Shown: positions 61,056 through 64,000 of the stretch, in pieces
How the letters are laid out: each line of letters begins with the position of its first letter
Position numbering within the stretch: position 1 is the stretch's first letter
Source of the DNA: Heteronotia binoei
Lineage: Eukaryota
DNA length: 64,000 nucleotides
Direction of reading: 5' to 3'
NCBI RefSeq assembly: GCF_032191835.1
Contig: NC_083235.1
Location: 29,636,001-29,700,000, forward strand
Translations under genes and position numbers: made by a program
The notes under the pieces: generated by a model
Database searches by the model: none
What the model saw: only the letters and a program-made list of their open reading frames with translations
Told to the model about the DNA's origin: nothing

Positions 61056-64000
61056 TGTATTTACCCAAAAATACAGTGTAGATCAATCCGCAGGTCTTTT
61101 TTTTCCTCTCTCCCCCTCTCCGTCTCTCTTTCTATTTCCCCCCCGTCTTAAATAGCGCCTATGCGACTTGGGTTTTCATTAAAAAAAAGAAAAAAGAAAA
61201 AGACTCTTGAAATAATGCGGTTATTAGCAGCAGTTGGATCTTACGTGCCTATTCCGCTGGAAGGCGACTCGCTCGCTCCATGGCTGGCGGGCTCTGCGAC
61301 TTGGTTTTTCCATAGCCCTGCAGTTAATGAGTGTGCAAGGTATCTGGCGTAGCAAGGTATCACAGGAACTATTTCTTGACGCAATTTGTCTCTGTCTGCT
61401 CGCTCGCTCGGCTTCTACAGCTTGTATTCTATAATGGATACATTGCATGGAATATCTTTAAAAGAGGAGGGAGGGGGGTCGGTTCAAGGTCCTACCAGAA
61501 TTCTGCAGCTTGCTCACCCCTTCTCTCCAACTCCAACCTCATGAATGGCTATGATTATTATATTCACCTTCTCTTTTTTTCCTGAAAAAAGGACTTTTTT
61601 GAGGGGGGGATGTTATCCCTACTACGATGCACCTCGGTCAGTCTACTTAAGAGCAAGAAGTCTTGGGGGTCATGGGCTCTTCCCTCTGGCTTCTGTGTGT
61701 ATGTACTTGTGTCTATTTTAAGCGTGTGTCTGTGTATTCATAGATAATCTGTTACTACTGTATGTTAATGAAGAGGTAAGGATGTACTAGGAGGAAGAGG
61801 ACGACCTTGTAAAACACGAGTGGGGAAATCATAACAACAATAATAGCAACAACAAAATTGTGACTCTCATCTTTGTATTCTGGGAGAGGCTAACCTTATT
61901 CGGCAAGCAGTCGTGGATGTTTTTATGTCTTTCAATAAAATTTTTTACGAGGATCATTTGATTGTTCATAAATGTGTCGTTCATTAAATAAAACTGTTCG
62001 AGGAAGTTTTCAGTTCTAAGGCATGGCTGAGGCAGAGGAACCTTTCGCATAGGTGGAGATTAAGCTAAAGTGCTTGATTTGGGGAAGGAGTTCCCCCCCT
62101 GTTTTCCTTGGCTTCATGATCAGTGTTTTTTTTTGTTTTTTTTTAAACCCAGTAAGGTCATTGAAACTTTTTTTGTTTACCCAAAATCGATTGCAGAACT
62201 TGGCTTTTATTATTATTGTTATTATTAACTTCTCGTAGTGAAGCAAGGTGGATGGCTCTGTAGCTCACACTTTTAGAAGTCTGGAAGGCTGGTGCTCTGC
62301 AAAAAAAAGAAACCTGCAAAAGGATATACATTTCGTGCGCGCGCACACACACATGCATGCACGCACCTCAATACCCCCAAATGCGACAACAAACACGAAG
62401 AAGACGGAGGCGAGAGGTTTGTGGCGTTGTCAAAAAGAGGATGCAACATTCCCCCCCCCCAAAAAAAAATAATAATAATACAGCAGAGGCGATTTGGAGA
62501 TGCGGTATATTGGCAACAGAGAGGGAGGGAGAGACACAGGAAAAGTGTGAGCAGAGAAGGTTATGGAGGTTTCTTCGAGAGAGGAGAAGGCAGAGAAAGG
62601 GGGGGGGGGGGGAGAGATGTGCTTCCGAGAGATGCAGCATCCACTGTTGACTTTACACGAGATGCAGCCTGTGCAGGGTCCCAGCAGATGTATTTTGTAC
62701 CAGGCTCTGGGAATCTAAAAACTGGGAAGGAAGCAGAGACAGGCAAGATCCTTGCAAGGATCCATATTCCCCCCTCTCTCCTCTCCCCTCCCCCCTCTAA
62801 AGACACTGGCAAAGTTGCTTTGCTCTCGCTGATTTCTGGCAGCAGCATCTTCCTCCTCCAGCAGTCCTTGGTAGTTATACACCAGCCTCTTCTCGCTGGT
62901 GTAGAGAAACAGTATTTCATGCCATGAAGGGGCAAGCTTGAAATAGAACTAGATGCGGAGGTGCTCGTGGGGTAGCGCGGACGCGAGCTGGTGTGTCCGC
63001 CACGCCATCCAAATTGGAAAACAGTCTTGCTGTGAAACCTGAACTCAGCCTTTCGGTCCCACTGTCCTCAATCCTGTTTTCCACCCAGCACTTCAGGAGC
63101 CTGCTTTAAGAGGACTCTCCCTATAGGAGTGTAATATGTCCTTTGGCCTTTCTTGAACTCAGTTTAATCTGTCAATCAAGAGTCTCCAGTGAATTCAGTT
63201 TTTAAAAAAATGTTAGAGAGAAAGCGAATGCTCAGCCTTGCTCGGATTTTTTCTTTTTTAAAAAGGGCTTCCTTCAAACAACAATAAATATGTGTAAGGG
63301 GCGAGGGGGGGGGGTTACAAAATGCCCCGAGGAAGGGACACGCTCGCTACAGTTGCACCGAAGAAATAGAAAACGTCTTTCCTCCAAAAATTAAAAATAG
63401 GTAAATAAACCCTGCATCGGTGTGCTAGTTGGCTTCCACACTCAGAAATCTTGGAAACAGCACGCTGCCAAAGATACCGTCGGGCAGGAAAGCAGAGATT
63501 AAAATAATAAAAGCCATAAGACAAAACAAGACTGTTTCCATAAAGACGAGACATCTAACCTATCAAAGACACACACGGATAAGAGATTGGCTTTTCAATG
63601 CCCTGACAGCAAAACAGCCTAACGGTCTCCTTAATACACCAACAAGGTCATTCAAATACCAGCTGATGTGTGTGTGGGGGGGGGACAGTTTTAGTGGTAC
63701 TCCAAATAATTAGTCGAAGCGGGAGGGGGGAAAATGTCTTTTTATGTACAGTGTAGCTGGCCCTGCCCTCCCTCCCCCCTCTGCGGCAGGTTGCTCCTTG
63801 CCAATAATCCTATGGAGCTGGCAGTGGGAAGTCTCCCTCGTTCAAGGGGCCCCTGTGCCCTAGCAAAGCTGGGAGTCGAGAGAAGGGAGTCGTTCGTCTA
63901 CCAACACAACGAGCACCGTGCCCTTAACACCGAAGGCTCTGAGTGCTTTCTAGGCTGCGTGGACAACCAACCGCAGGAGCGCCGGGTCAGACCTGTGGAA

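Overview
This is a vertebrate HoxC cluster segment, with all genes on the minus strand. In transcription order it holds Hoxc9 (60916-~58145), Hoxc8 (50756-48418), Hoxc6 (27492-25842) and Hoxc5 (22177-20725). Each has two coding exons with canonical phase-1 GT-AG junctions. Hoxc4 should lie left of the window, and Hoxc10 and miR-196 right of it. Hoxc5, Hoxc6 and Hoxc8 give clean 243, 236 and 242 aa proteins. Hoxc9 exon 2 carries about six 1-nt indels in the homeobox but no missense change, which most likely reflects a consensus error. Recognisable non-coding parts are the Hoxc8 early enhancer, a near-perfect miR-196 site plus five seed sites in the Hoxc8 3'UTR, the distal non-coding first exon shared by Hoxc4/5/6, a Hox4-type DR5 RARE candidate and two CTCF-like sites. 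There are also two copies of one hAT-type MITE, a palindromic MITE, microsatellites and seven short assembly gaps. DNA transposons inside the cluster and the protein divergence suggest a squamate, possibly a gecko (inference only). I see no convincing new gene system. The best leads are the Hoxc9 frameshifts, the palindromic posterior-Hox/Cdx site pairs in the Hoxc5 and Hoxc6 introns, the MITEs and the Hoxc5 Thr/Gln expansions. Comparisons with human or mouse sequence are from memory and need real alignments.
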